A stretch of DNA of 64,000 bases, taken from NCBI GenBank assembly GCA_034101145.1, contig JAXEKG010000002.1, positions 81,981-145,980 of the forward strand, in the 5' to 3' direction. The stretch's first letter is position 1; the number at the start of each line of letters is the position of its first letter. The position numbers and the translations under genes are program-made. This DNA comes from Eubacteriales bacterium. Lineage in GTDB: Bacteria; Bacillota; Clostridia; Oscillospirales; CAG-272. The notes under the pieces are model-generated. The model did no database searches and was not told where the DNA came from. It saw nothing but the letters and a program-made list of their open reading frames with translations. Positions 53,387 through 64,000 of this stretch are shown piece after piece.

Positions 53387-53500
53387 AATTTTCAACATCG
53401 AAATATTCAATTACTCAATGGTTTTGTCAATATTTTGCGTTATATCACACTGTTTTTTGATTTTTTGACAAAAAAATATTCATTTTTTGCTTTTTTCTAC

Positions 53501-53529
53501 TTGACAATTATTTCTGACTGATATATAAT
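53501..53529 (+). promoter_or_regulatory. consensus sigma-A promoter for gdhA
   Basis: TTGACA (53501-53506), a 17-nt spacer, then TATAAT (53524-53529). Confidence 0.75.
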
Positions 53530-53548
53530 TCTGCTATATTAAAAGTAA

Positions 53549-54940
<1,392 letters not shown>

Positions 54941-54965
54941 TAGCTAATCTTTTACAGTTATATTT

Positions 54966-54997
54966 ACCGAACCTCATCAAAGGGGTTCGGTTTTTTT
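54966..54997 (+). terminator. intrinsic terminator after gdhA
   Basis: The stem CCGAACCTC/GGGGTTCGG (one G-U pair) is followed by T7. Confidence 0.85.
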
Positions 54998-55128
54998 AAT
55001 TCACAAACAATATATTCATTTATCACAGCCTTGACAAAGACGCAAAAAAATGATATTGTATTATTATATTTCTGCGAATATAATAAGGTTATCTATCCGA
55101 AAACAGCAAAGGCAGGCACACGGTATTT

Positions 55129-55929
55129 ATGCGTTTCTCAAATCTACATCAACATTCCACTTTTTCCGACGGAAAAAACACGCCAAGAGAGATAGTTCTT
55201 TCCGCAATAGATAAGGGTTTTGAGTCTATCGGTTTTTCTGACCACAGTTTTACCGAAATTGACCAAAGTTATTGCATGAAGCTCGAAAATTATGAAGACT
55301 ATTATAAGGAAATTTACGGGCTCAAAAAGGAATTTGCCGATAAAATCAATATTTTTCTCGGTATTGAACTTGACTATTATTCAAATATCGACAGATCAAA
55401 ATTTGATTACATAATAGGCTCCGTACACTATATTTACGTGAACGGAAAGTGCCATCCTATAGACCACTCGCTCATACAGCAACAGACGTACGTAAAAGAA
55501 GAATGCCACGGAGACGTCAATCTTTTTGCAAAAAATTACTATGATACAGTTATAAAAAACATAGAGAAAAACAAGCCGGACATCGTCGGGCATTTTGACG
55601 TTATATCGAAGTTCGGACTCATAGACGAGGACAATGCGGAGTACAGAAAAATCGCCTCGGCAGCGCTTGAAAGAGTTCTAAAAACCACTAAAATAGTTGA
55701 AATGAATACCGGGGCGATTTCAAGAAAGGTGAAAGATACACCCTATCCTCATCCGTTTCTTCTTCGCCGCATACTCGAACTCGGAGGCGACGTAATACTC
55801 GGTGCGGACTCTCATGCCAAGGACACAATAGACTGTTATTTTTCGGAATGTATCGATATTCTGAAAAGAATCGGTTTTACAAGGATTGCAAAACTTACAA
55901 ACGACGGTTTTGCATTTGAAAAAATATGA
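55129..55929 (+). CDS. HisJ-family histidinol-phosphatase-like PHP protein (2)
   Basis: It has the PHP motifs NLHQHSTFSDGKN and GFSDHS. Confidence 0.75.
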   Translation: MRFSNLHQHSTFSDGKNTPREIVLSAIDKGFESIGFSDHSFTEIDQSYCMKLENYEDYYKEIYGLKKEFADKINIFLGIELDYYSNIDRSKFDYIIGSVHYIYVNGKCHPIDHSLIQQQTYVKEECHGDVNLFAKNYYDTVIKNIEKNKPDIVGHFDVISKFGLIDEDNAEYRKIASAALERVLKTTKIVEMNTGAISRKVKDTPYPHPFLLRRILELGGDVILGADSHAKDTIDCYFSECIDILKRIGFTRIAKLTNDGFAFEKI

Positions 55930-55964
55930 CTGTTTATATACTCTGAAAACGCACGGGGGATAAT

Positions 55965-56918
55965 ATGAAGCACAAGGACATGGTTCTCTCCATACTTGAT
56001 AAAAACCGCGGAGAGGCAGTATCGGGAGAAGCTCTCGCAACCGAACTCGGACTTACAAGAAGCGCAGTCTGGAAAACCGTAAAAGCCCTCAGAAAAGACG
56101 GTTATATGATAAGCTCAAAGAGCAATTCGGGTTATACTCTTGATTCTAAGTGCGACCTGATAACCGAGGAAAAAATACGAAAGGGGCTCAAAAAACAAAA
56201 CGTTGACATAATACTTCTGGAAACGGTTGACTCAACTAATAATTATGCGAAAAAACTGCTCACCGACGGGAAAACGAATAGTTTTCTTGTTGTCGCAAAT
56301 GCGCAAACGGGTGGAAGAGGCAGACATGGGAAGAGCTTTTTCTCCCCGAAGAACGGAATATATATGAGCTATGTATTTTTCCCTGATTCAGACGTGGCAG
56401 ATGTCGTATCAGTAACATCCCGAGCAGCAGTTGCAGTGGCAAGAGCAATATCGAATACCTCTAAAATAAATGTCGGAATCAAATGGGTAAACGACCTATA
56501 CGTCGAAAATAAAAAAATCGCAGGTATATTAACCGAGGCGGTCTCCGACTTTGAAGAGATGATAGCCCACAGCGTAGTTATCGGTATCGGAATCAACTTC
56601 GGCGACGTTGGCTTTCCTCCCGAGCTGTCGGACATTGCAACTTCCATTCCTCTCGGACTGACTACTCGTTCGGAAGTAATATCAGAGGTTGTAAACGAGC
56701 TTGATATTATCACGCACGACCTTACGGATTCATCATATATAAACGAATACAGGGCGCGCTCTGTAGTTATAAATAAAGAAATAAAGTATACTTACCGCAC
56801 AGAAACGAAATACGGCCGTGTAACGGCAATTAACGACGACGCTTCCCTATCCGTTATCGGTGACGACGGCGTTTTGTTGAAACTGTCGAGTGGGGAAATA
56901 ACTCTGCGTGTAATATGA
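55965..56918 (+). CDS. birA: bifunctional biotin-protein ligase / biotin operon repressor
   Basis: An N-terminal wHTH (GEALATELGLTRSAVWKTVKALRKDGY) is followed by the motif GRGRHGKSFFSP. Confidence 0.9.
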   Translation: MKHKDMVLSILDKNRGEAVSGEALATELGLTRSAVWKTVKALRKDGYMISSKSNSGYTLDSKCDLITEEKIRKGLKKQNVDIILLETVDSTNNYAKKLLTDGKTNSFLVVANAQTGGRGRHGKSFFSPKNGIYMSYVFFPDSDVADVVSVTSRAAVAVARAISNTSKINVGIKWVNDLYVENKKIAGILTEAVSDFEEMIAHSVVIGIGINFGDVGFPPELSDIATSIPLGLTTRSEVISEVVNELDIITHDLTDSSYINEYRARSVVINKEIKYTYRTETKYGRVTAINDDASLSVIGDDGVLLKLSSGEITLRVI

Positions 56919-56945
56919 AAAGTAATAAAAAACAAAGGAGAAAGC

Positions 56946-57359
56946 ATGAAGATATCTACTAAGGGCAGATATGCTCTGCGCATAGTTTGTGATCTTGGAG
57001 AGCATATAAGCCGGGGAACAATACCTCTGCGCGATATTGCAAAAAGGCAGGAAATATCTCCAAAATATGCAGAGGCAATCGCCGCAATACTTGTCCGCGG
57101 AGAAATTATCAGTGCAGAAAGAGGAAAAGAGGGTGGTTACCGCCTGAAACGGGATGCAAAAGAAATAACCGTTTATGAAATAATGAAGTTAACCGAAGGC
57201 ACGGTTTCTCCGATGGCATGTGTCTCATCTCCCGAAAATGTCTGTAAGCGTCAAGACAAATGCCTGACTCTGCCCATGTGGAGAAAACTCGACAAAATTA
57301 TAGATTCATATCTTTCTTCGGTTACGATAAGTGACCTTTTGAACGGAAACGTCGAATAG
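56946..57359 (+). CDS. iscR: Rrf2-family transcriptional regulator (IscR-like)
   Basis: The N-terminus MKISTKGRYALRIVCDLG is Rrf2-type. Cys residues lie in the CVSSPENVCKRQDKC region. It sits upstream of nifS-nifU. Confidence 0.8.
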   Translation: MKISTKGRYALRIVCDLGEHISRGTIPLRDIAKRQEISPKYAEAIAAILVRGEIISAERGKEGGYRLKRDAKEITVYEIMKLTEGTVSPMACVSSPENVCKRQDKCLTLPMWRKLDKIIDSYLSSVTISDLLNGNVE

Positions 57360-57382
57360 AGAAACAAAGATTTTTATCACAT

Positions 57383-57412
57383 AATTCCGGTATTCTGCCG
57401 GAATTTTTAATT
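57383..57412 (+). terminator. intrinsic terminator after iscR
   Basis: The stem AATTCCGG/CCGGAATT with a 7-nt loop is followed by TTTTAATTTATTTTT. Confidence 0.75.
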
Positions 57413-57419
57413 TATTTTT

Positions 57420-57456
57420 AATTCCTATTGACATTATAGGAATTATGTGATAACAT
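57420..57456 (+). promoter_or_regulatory. nifS-nifU promoter overlapped by a 25-bp palindrome (candidate IscR operator)
   Basis: AATTCCTAT-TGACATT-ATAGGAATT spans 57420-57444 with perfect 9-bp arms and covers the -35 TTGACA (57428-57433). A 17-nt spacer ending in TGa leads to TAACAT (57451-57456). Confidence 0.6.
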
Positions 57457-57501
57457 AAACCTACAATAGTGGTAGGAAAATGTTTCAAAGGAGATAAAAT
57501 T

Positions 57502-58689
57502 ATGAGAGTATACGCCGATAACGCCGCAACAACGAAAATGAGCGCACACGCAATCGAGGTTGCCGTAAACGATATGGAAAACGCATGGGGAAATCCGTCA
57601 AGCCTACATAGCACAGGACAGACGGCAATGGAAAAGCTGACGGGAGCGAGAGAAAAATTCGCCTCTCTGATAGGTGCAAAACCATCGGAAATCTACTTCA
57701 CTTCCGGCGGTTCGGAATCCGACAATCAAGCTATAATGTCTGCGGCAATGCTCGGTATTAAAAAAGGCAAAAAACATATAGTGTCAACAAAATTCGAACA
57801 CCATGCTGTTCTGCACACGTTGGAAAAACTGAAAAAACAGGGTTTCGATATTACATTAGTTGACGTTCATGATAACGGAATTGTAAATCCGAAAGAAATA
57901 GAAAGCGCTATTCGAGAGGACACCACTCTTGTCAGCATAATGTTTGCCAACAACGAAATCGGTACCGTACAGCCCATATCAGACATAGGAAAAATATGCA
58001 GGGAACGGGGAGTTCTGTTTCACACCGATGCAGTACAGGCGGCAGGACACATAAAGATAAACGTGAATGAGCTTAACGTCGATATGCTCTCTATGTCCGC
58101 CCATAAATTCAAAGGGCCCAAGGGGGTCGGCATACTGTATGCAAGAAAAGGAGTGGCGCTTACAAACATTATTGAAGGCGGAGCTCAGGAAAGAGGAAAA
58201 CGTGCAGGAACGGAGAACGTACCATATATAGACGCTGCGGCAACAGCATATGAGGACGCTGTTTTAAGCATAGATGAAAACAATACGAAAGTTCTGAAAA
58301 TGCGTGAACGGCTCATTGACGGGCTTCTTAAAATACCTCATTCGAGACTCAACGGAGACAGATACAACAGACTATGCGGAAACGCGAATTTCTGCTTTGA
58401 AGGTATAGAGGGCGAGTCTCTGCTTCTTATGCTGGACGACCTCGGGATTGAGGCATCATCCGGTTCTGCCTGCACATCAGGTTCGCTCGACCCCAGCCAC
58501 GTTCTTCTGGCAATAGGACTCCCGCACGACGTGGCGCACGGTTCTCTTCGCCTCACGATAAACGAGGATAATACCGATGAGCAAATCGACTATATGATAA
58601 AATCTGTAGCCCAGGTAGTTGAAAGACTCCGCTCGATGTCCCCCGTATGGCAGGATTTGTGCGAAGGAAAAAGAAATCATCTTATTTAA
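57502..58689 (+). CDS. nifS: cysteine desulfurase NifS/IscS
   Basis: MRVYADNAATT, the PLP-lysine region SAHKFKGPKG and the active-site Cys region SSGSACTSG are present. ATG 57502 has AAAGGAG upstream. Confidence 0.92.
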   Translation: MRVYADNAATTKMSAHAIEVAVNDMENAWGNPSSLHSTGQTAMEKLTGAREKFASLIGAKPSEIYFTSGGSESDNQAIMSAAMLGIKKGKKHIVSTKFEHHAVLHTLEKLKKQGFDITLVDVHDNGIVNPKEIESAIREDTTLVSIMFANNEIGTVQPISDIGKICRERGVLFHTDAVQAAGHIKINVNELNVDMLSMSAHKFKGPKGVGILYARKGVALTNIIEGGAQERGKRAGTENVPYIDAAATAYEDAVLSIDENNTKVLKMRERLIDGLLKIPHSRLNGDRYNRLCGNANFCFEGIEGESLLLMLDDLGIEASSGSACTSGSLDPSHVLLAIGLPHDVAHGSLRLTINEDNTDEQIDYMIKSVAQVVERLRSMSPVWQDLCEGKRNHLI

Positions 58690-58727
58690 TAAACAAACTC
58701 AATCATATATGATAAGGAGACATAAAA

Positions 58728-59168
58728 ATGTTATACAGTGAAAAGGTAATGGACCATTTCAGAAATCCGAGAAACGTAGGAACAATCGAGGATGCGGACG
58801 GTATAGGAGAGGTCGGAAACGCAAAATGCGGTGATATAATGAAAATGTACATTAAAGTAAAAGACGGCATAATAACCGACGTTAAATTCAACACTTTCGG
58901 TTGCGGCTCGGCGATAGCAACGTCGTCAATGGCAACCGAAATGATAAAAGGAAAACCGATAGAGGAGGCTCTCTCACTTACAAACAATGCGGTGGTAGAA
59001 GCGCTGAACGGACTTCCTGCACACAAGATACACTGCTCAGTTCTTGCCGAGGAAGCGGTAAAAGCTGCAATAAAAGACTACTATGATAAAAACAATATAC
59101 CATATGACAAAGCGGCTCTGTGCCCCGGCGACTGCGCCTGTGCGCATGAGAACGATTCCTCGTTCTGA
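58728..59168 (+). CDS. nifU: Fe-S cluster assembly scaffold NifU/IscU
   Basis: The scaffold motifs GNAKCGD, FGCGSAIA and HCSVLAEEA are present. TAAGGAG lies upstream. Confidence 0.92.
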   Translation: MLYSEKVMDHFRNPRNVGTIEDADGIGEVGNAKCGDIMKMYIKVKDGIITDVKFNTFGCGSAIATSSMATEMIKGKPIEEALSLTNNAVVEALNGLPAHKIHCSVLAEEAVKAAIKDYYDKNNIPYDKAALCPGDCACAHENDSSF

Positions 59169-59176
59169 TATTTATA

Positions 59177-59216
59177 TAAAAAGTCGGAGAATTTATCAAT
59201 TCTCCGACTTTTATTG
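59177..59216. terminator. bidirectional intrinsic terminator between nifU and plsY copy 2
   Basis: A perfect 12-bp stem AGTCGGAGAATT/AATTCTCCGACT with a 4-nt loop has A and T runs on both sides. Confidence 0.9.
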
Positions 59217-59227
59217 TTTTATGCATT

Positions 59228-59944
59228 TTATTTTTCCCTTGCTGCGGTTGTGCATACAGCTTCATCATTGGTTTTCTCTTCATCCGATTCCGCTGCGGCG
59301 ACTGCCGTTTTTGCCTTTGGCTTTCCGAAAAGATAAAACTTTTTTTCTTCTCCATGAACCAGACGAACTATGTTTGTATGATGTCTCCATATCAGAAGAG
59401 CGACCGAAAGTATTGACAAAACTATCGTTACCTTGTTGTCTACTCCGAATACGGCAAGAAAAATAGGGCATACGATGCCTGCCGTCATTGATGAAAGTGA
59501 CATCAGTTTTACCGTGAAAAGCAAGAACAGGAATACTCCCGACGCAATTGCGGCTACTCTGTAATCTGTAAACCATATGGTAACTGCACCTGCGACAAAG
59601 GCTTTTCCGCCCTTGAATTTATACCAAACGGGATATGCGTGACCTATCATGGCAAAGAGACCCGCAATTGCCGCTCCGAGCTGTCTTTCATCAAGAAATT
59701 CTCTGAATATCAGGCTGAATGCAAGTACGGGGACTACGGTTTTAGTTATATCGAGTATAAGCACGAGCCATGAATCAAAACCTCCGAACGTTCTTTTATA
59801 GTTAGTGAATCCCGGATTTTTCGAGCCGTACAGACGTACGTCGGTCTTATGTATGGCATGTGAAAGCATGATTGCCGGATTTATTCCCGCAATAAGATAA
59901 GAACATAGTGCGGCAAGCGCAGAAAGTAATATGTATTCTTTCAT
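59228..59944 (-). CDS. plsY: glycerol-3-phosphate acyltransferase PlsY (copy 2, C-terminal extension)
   Basis: PlsY motifs are present: GSKNPGFTN, HAYPVWYKFKGGKA and others. GAGGAG lies upstream. A ~40-aa charged tail is added. Confidence 0.88.
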   Translation of the reverse strand: MKEYILLSALAALCSYLIAGINPAIMLSHAIHKTDVRLYGSKNPGFTNYKRTFGGFDSWLVLILDITKTVVPVLAFSLIFREFLDERQLGAAIAGLFAMIGHAYPVWYKFKGGKAFVAGAVTIWFTDYRVAAIASGVFLFLLFTVKLMSLSSMTAGIVCPIFLAVFGVDNKVTIVLSILSVALLIWRHHTNIVRLVHGEEKKFYLFGKPKAKTAVAAAESDEEKTNDEAVCTTAAREK

Positions 59945-60027
59945 ATTGTCTCCTCGTTTTCGGATTTGTTTTTAATCCGATTTATTTTATCAGGTTTATG
60001 TGAATTTGTCAAATCAATCACTGAGTT

Positions 60028-62970
60028 TTATTTTGAAAACCTTTTTTCGTCATTTATCATTGAGAAAAGACTACGCAGGCGTATTCTGACGGCGCCGAGA
60101 TTAGTTATCTCATCTATCTTTATTTGAGTATAGGTTTTCCCGGATCGCTCAAGTATCGAGCGCGTCTCATCGGTAGTTATGGCATCGACTCCGCATCCGA
60201 AGGACACGAGCTGCACAAGGCTCATGGAAACGTCCTTCTGCTCCGCACAGTATTCTGCCGCCGCATAAAGGCGAGAATGATACGTCCATTGATTCAGAAC
60301 CGTCGTATTATGCCTTGTCATTTTGGAGCTTACGGAATCCTCGGTAACCACTACGGCTCCCAGAGAGGCTATGAGAGAGTCTATACCGTGGTTTATCTCA
60401 GGGTCGACGTGATACGGCCTTCCCGCAAGGATAATCACAGGCATATCGTTCTCTTTTGCATATTTTATAAGCTCTTGGGCTTTATCGGCAAGAGATTTCA
60501 TATGAGCGTAATACTCCTCATAAGCCGCATCGGAAGCACGTTTGACTTCCCTCTCGGAAAACTCGTATCCGTGCTTTTTGAGAATAGCTCTGAAGTGAGA
60601 CGGAAAATCCCTGCGGTTATGAAGTCCCACAAAATCGTCTATATACTTAACGTCCGAAAGAGCCCTGACGTTTGCCTCTATTACCTTGGGGTAATAAGCG
60701 ACTACGGGACAGTTATAGTGATTGTCTCCGAGTCCCTCGTCGAGATTGTAGCTCATGCACGGGTAAAAGATTATATCAACGTTTTTCGAAAGTAGATTCT
60801 CTATATGTCCGTGTATTAGTTTTGCGGGATAGCAGACGGTATCCGAGGGAATTGTATGCTGTCCCTTTACGTACAACTCGTGTGAGGATATATCGGATAC
60901 TGTAACGTTGAAGCCGAGCTTCACAAACATAGTATGCCAGAACGGAAGAAGCTCGTACATATTAAGCCCCATCGGAATCCCTACGGTAGGTGCCGACGGA
61001 TTTTTATCCGCTGTGCCGCGGTATCTGTCGAGAAGCTTGTTTTTGTATGCGTACATATCAAGATTCTCGTCTGCCTTTTTGTTTTTGAGGGGTCTGTCAC
61101 ATCTGTTGCCTGCAATATATGTACGCCCGCCGTCAAATCGGTTTACCGTCAGTCTGCAATGGTTATTGCACCCGTTACACGTTACCGCGGATACGTCATG
61201 GATGAAGTTTTTAAGTTCTTGTGCCGTTATAAGCCCGCTCTTTTCACGCCCGGTAAGCCAGGCATTCTTCATGGCGTAAAGAGCCGCACCGTATGCTCCC
61301 ATAAGACCGGCTATATGCGGACGTATAACCTCTCTACCCGTCTCCTGTTCAAAGGCGCGCAGAACGGCGTTGTTGTTAAAGGTCCCTCCCTGTACTACAA
61401 TGCTTTTCCCAAGAGAGTCGGGCGTCGCTATCCGAATTACCTTGTACAGCGCATTCTTAACGACGCTGATACAGAGCCCTGCGGATATGTTCTCTATTGA
61501 CGCACCGTCCTTTTGGGCCTGTTTTACGGAGCTGTTCATAAAGACCGTACAGCGTGAGCCGAGGTCGACGGGCTTGTCCGCAAAGAGTGCCAGAGAAGAA
61601 AACTTTTCCATATCATATCCGAGGACGCCTGCAAAAGTCTGCAGAAAAGAACCGCAGCCGGATGAGCAGGCCTCGTTGAGAAACAGAGAGTCTATGGCGC
61701 CGTTTCTGATTTTGAAGCACTTTATGTCTTGTCCGCCTATATCTATTATGAAGTCCACGTCGGGCTTAAACTTCTTTGCCGCAGTATAGTGCGCTATGGT
61801 CTCGACTATGCCGAGATCCGCTTTGAAAGCATTCTTTATTATGTCCTCTCCGTATCCGGTAACAGCCGATGAAACGATATTGATATCAGGATATTTTTCA
61901 TACAATTCTTCAAGATATTCGCGGATTATCGGCACGGGATTGGCACTGTTCTGTCGATACATCGGGTTGAATATATTACCGTTTTCGTCACAGAGAACCG
62001 CTTTTACTGTCGTCGAACCGGCATCTATTCCGAGGTACATGGACCGCCCCGGTACAAAAATCTCACTTATGTTTTGAGAATCATTTTTATGCCTTTCGAT
62101 AAACTCGCAATATTCGCTCTCGCTTACGAAAAGAGGCTTTGCCCCCATATAACCGCGACCGGAGACATAGTTTTCCGCTCTTTTCGCTTCCTTTGCGGGA
62201 TTAATAACGTACGAGCATTCGGAGAGCGCTGCTCCTATAGAGACAAAATATAAGGAATTTTCAGGGCATATTCCTTTGTTTTTCAAGACGTCGTCAAAGG
62301 CTTCTCTGAGCGTATCAAAAAAAGTCAGAGGTCCTCCGAGATACAGTACGTTTCCGTCTATATCTCTTCCCTGCGCAAGGCCCGCTACCGTCTGATTGAC
62401 AACCGCGTAAAAAATACTTGCGCAAATATCTGCGAGGTTAGCTCCCTGATTTACGAGAGGCTGTATATCGGATTTTGCAAACACTCCGCAACGTGATGCA
62501 ATCGTATATATTTTTCCGTGGTCTTTGGCGAGTCGGTTCATATCGTCGGCGCTGATACCGAGAAGAGTCGTCATCTGATCGATAAAAGCACCTGTTCCGC
62601 CGGCACAGCTTCCGTTCATTCTGACTTCAAGCCCGTCGGTAAGAAAAAGAATTTTTGCGTCCTCCCCTCCGAGCTCTATCACCGCATCCGTCGACGGAAG
62701 ATATTTCTCGACCGCCACCTTTGTTGCGTATACCTCCTGCACGAACGGAATACCGAGATCACCTGCAATACCCATACCTGCCGAGCCGGATATTGAAAGA
62801 GTCATTTCCTCATCGGGAAACTTACGTGCAATTCTTTCGAGCATCTCTGCACACATTCCGGATATCTGAGACATATGACGGCGATAATCTGAGAAAAGAA
62901 TTTCTCCCGCTTCGTCAAGTACAACGCACTTTATGGTAGTGGAGCCGAGGTCAAGTCCTATCGCTTTCAT
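60028..62970 (-). CDS. acyl-CoA dehydratase-type activase: two BcrAD/BadFG ATPase modules fused to a DUF2229-like domain
   Basis: Two actin-fold ATPase modules begin at MKAIGLDLGSTTIKC and MYLGIDAGSTTVKA. Each keeps paired Cys (SCAGGTG plus SRCGVF; ACSSGCG plus SRCTVF). A CNGCNNHC motif and a C-terminal region with YPCM and NCPVVAYYP follow. Confidence 0.85.
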   Translation of the reverse strand: MKAIGLDLGSTTIKCVVLDEAGEILFSDYRRHMSQISGMCAEMLERIARKFPDEEMTLSISGSAGMGIAGDLGIPFVQEVYATKVAVEKYLPSTDAVIELGGEDAKILFLTDGLEVRMNGSCAGGTGAFIDQMTTLLGISADDMNRLAKDHGKIYTIASRCGVFAKSDIQPLVNQGANLADICASIFYAVVNQTVAGLAQGRDIDGNVLYLGGPLTFFDTLREAFDDVLKNKGICPENSLYFVSIGAALSECSYVINPAKEAKRAENYVSGRGYMGAKPLFVSESEYCEFIERHKNDSQNISEIFVPGRSMYLGIDAGSTTVKAVLCDENGNIFNPMYRQNSANPVPIIREYLEELYEKYPDINIVSSAVTGYGEDIIKNAFKADLGIVETIAHYTAAKKFKPDVDFIIDIGGQDIKCFKIRNGAIDSLFLNEACSSGCGSFLQTFAGVLGYDMEKFSSLALFADKPVDLGSRCTVFMNSSVKQAQKDGASIENISAGLCISVVKNALYKVIRIATPDSLGKSIVVQGGTFNNNAVLRAFEQETGREVIRPHIAGLMGAYGAALYAMKNAWLTGREKSGLITAQELKNFIHDVSAVTCNGCNNHCRLTVNRFDGGRTYIAGNRCDRPLKNKKADENLDMYAYKNKLLDRYRGTADKNPSAPTVGIPMGLNMYELLPFWHTMFVKLGFNVTVSDISSHELYVKGQHTIPSDTVCYPAKLIHGHIENLLSKNVDIIFYPCMSYNLDEGLGDNHYNCPVVAYYPKVIEANVRALSDVKYIDDFVGLHNRRDFPSHFRAILKKHGYEFSEREVKRASDAAYEEYYAHMKSLADKAQELIKYAKENDMPVIILAGRPYHVDPEINHGIDSLIASLGAVVVTEDSVSSKMTRHNTTVLNQWTYHSRLYAAAEYCAEQKDVSMSLVQLVSFGCGVDAITTDETRSILERSGKTYTQIKIDEITNLGAVRIRLRSLFSMINDEKRFSK

Positions 62971-64000
62971 TTCCTGTTTTTGCCTCCTCTTCTCTCGCTA
63001 CTGCCAGCATAAGTTTTATTCTGTTTTCCTGGTTTACCTTTGATGCGCCGGCATCATAATCAACGGGGCATATATTGGCTTTCGGATACATATCCTTTAT
63101 TTTTCTTATAACGCCCTTGCCTATTATGTGATTCGGAAGGCATCCGAAGGGCTGAGCGCATATGACGTTGTTATATCCGTCGTGTATAAGCTCGCATATT
63201 TCTGCGGGGAGCAACCATCCCTCTCCCATCTTGACTCCGAGCCCGACTGTTTTTTCTCCGTATTCACGAATCATAGAGAACTTCATCGGCGGTGTGAACA
63301 TCGGGAACTTTTTGAGTATCTTAAGCATTTTCTTCTCGAGCGTACCTGCCATTTTGGCAAGAATTTTTGTGAGTGTAGCGGAAAGACGGCTGTCTCCGTA
63401 GAGCTTGTAATCCATTATCGGGTCAACAAACATTGATTGGAAGAATGCAAGAACCCCGGGAACCATGAATTCGCAATTCTGAGAGAGCAAGAAACTCTCA
63501 AGACCATTGTTTCCGAACTGCGAATACTTTACGTATATCTCACCGACTATGCCTACCTTCGTCTTTTTCTCTTCGGTTTTCTCTATGTTAGAGAAATCCG
63601 TTGCTATCTTTTCAAGATTACGGCTGACGGACACACCGACAAGCCCTCGGTTTTTACGAAACTGTGAGGACAATTCCTTTACCCACTTTTCAACGAGTGC
63701 CTCCGTCTCCCCCTTGTTTTTCTCATATGGGAGAACCTGATTTCTCAGAAGCATTATCATATCTCCGTACAGAAGAGACATGAGACCTTTGAACATCATC
63801 GGGATAGTGATATTAAAACCGCTGTGCCTCTCAACCTTGCTGAAGCTGAGCGATATAACCGGAACATATTCCATACCCATATTTTCAAGCGCCTTGCGCA
63901 ACAGCCATATGTAATTTGAGGCACGGCATCCTCCGCCCGTCTGGAACTGTATCAAAGCCACCTTATGCGGGTCGTATTCACCGTTTGTAAGAGCATCAAG
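62951..64000 (-). CDS. activase-related partner protein (HgdB/D-component-like); 5' end outside window
   Basis: The frame is open to the right edge. It contains QTGGGCRASNYIWLLRKAL, GEIYVKYS and CAQPFGCLPNH. Its stop overlaps the activase start by 20 nt. Confidence 0.7.
   Translation of the reverse strand, partial: LDALTNGEYDPHKVALIQFQTGGGCRASNYIWLLRKALENMGMEYVPVISLSFSKVERHSGFNITIPMMFKGLMSLLYGDMIMLLRNQVLPYEKNKGETEALVEKWVKELSSQFRKNRGLVGVSVSRNLEKIATDFSNIEKTEEKKTKVGIVGEIYVKYSQFGNNGLESFLLSQNCEFMVPGVLAFFQSMFVDPIMDYKLYGDSRLSATLTKILAKMAGTLEKKMLKILKKFPMFTPPMKFSMIREYGEKTVGLGVKMGEGWLLPAEICELIHDGYNNVICAQPFGCLPNHIIGKGVIRKIKDMYPKANICPVDYDAGASKVNQENRIKLMLAVAREEEAKTGNESDRT

Noticed and set aside
53461-53506. 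A duplicated TTTTTTGACA-like -35 element upstream of the gdhA promoter.
   Set aside because: Only the downstream copy has a properly spaced TATAAT. The upstream copy has no -10 partner.

Overview
This 64-kb window looks like core chromosome from a Firmicutes/Clostridia-type organism. Supporting signs are the spore-former genes yabP, yabQ and a spoVB/yabM-like flippase, mecA, GGAGG-type ribosome-binding sites, and sigma-A TTGACA-17-TATAAT promoters with TGn extensions. I call 63 CDS, two of them truncated at the window edges, packed in 13 alternating strand blocks. Almost all are recognisable housekeeping genes: glgB; yabQ-yabP-yabO-hup-mazG-flippase; udk-like, hemZ, dtd, relA, recJ; an RseC-like protein, an FAD protein and cdaA; a Crp-led ABC importer; the uracil permease pyrP behind a PyrR-like attenuator; yajC; murA; queG; plsY (two copies); tsaE, tsaB, rpiB; mecA; cysS; ftsK; alaA; thiN; gdhA; birA; iscR-nifS-nifU; and a double-BcrAD activase. 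Reading by eye I found no rRNA, tRNA, CRISPR array, transposase, integrase, phage gene or recognisable defence island. Many ORF-track starts are TTG/GTG maximal extensions, and I re-set them where an ATG with a Shine-Dalgarno sequence or a promoter supports a shorter gene. I did not find a clear-cut novel multi-gene system. The most unusual loci are listed here as candidates, not discoveries. (1) A sulfur/cysteine module has two adjacent half-size TSUP/TauE genes, then a truncated serine-acetyltransferase-like ORF lacking the catalytic His segment, which drives cysS from a perfect consensus promoter with no T-box. (2) A translationally coupled operon encodes two paralogous PlsC-like acyltransferases with non-canonical HX4D motifs and two GT8 glycosyltransferases, next to a membrane-anchored XRE regulator. 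(3) An orphan activase carrying two BcrAD ATPase modules and a DUF2229 region sits beside a separately encoded partner. (4) A row of uncharacterised envelope proteins (coiled-coil TM protein, VanZ, CPBP protease, DUF3810 metalloprotease) feeds into murA. (5) An uncharacterised double CPCH zinc-ribbon protein closes the ftsK operon. Smaller observations include a 39-bp in-frame tandem duplication, duplicated plsY, an IscR-type operator palindrome, and a structured yajC-downstream element.
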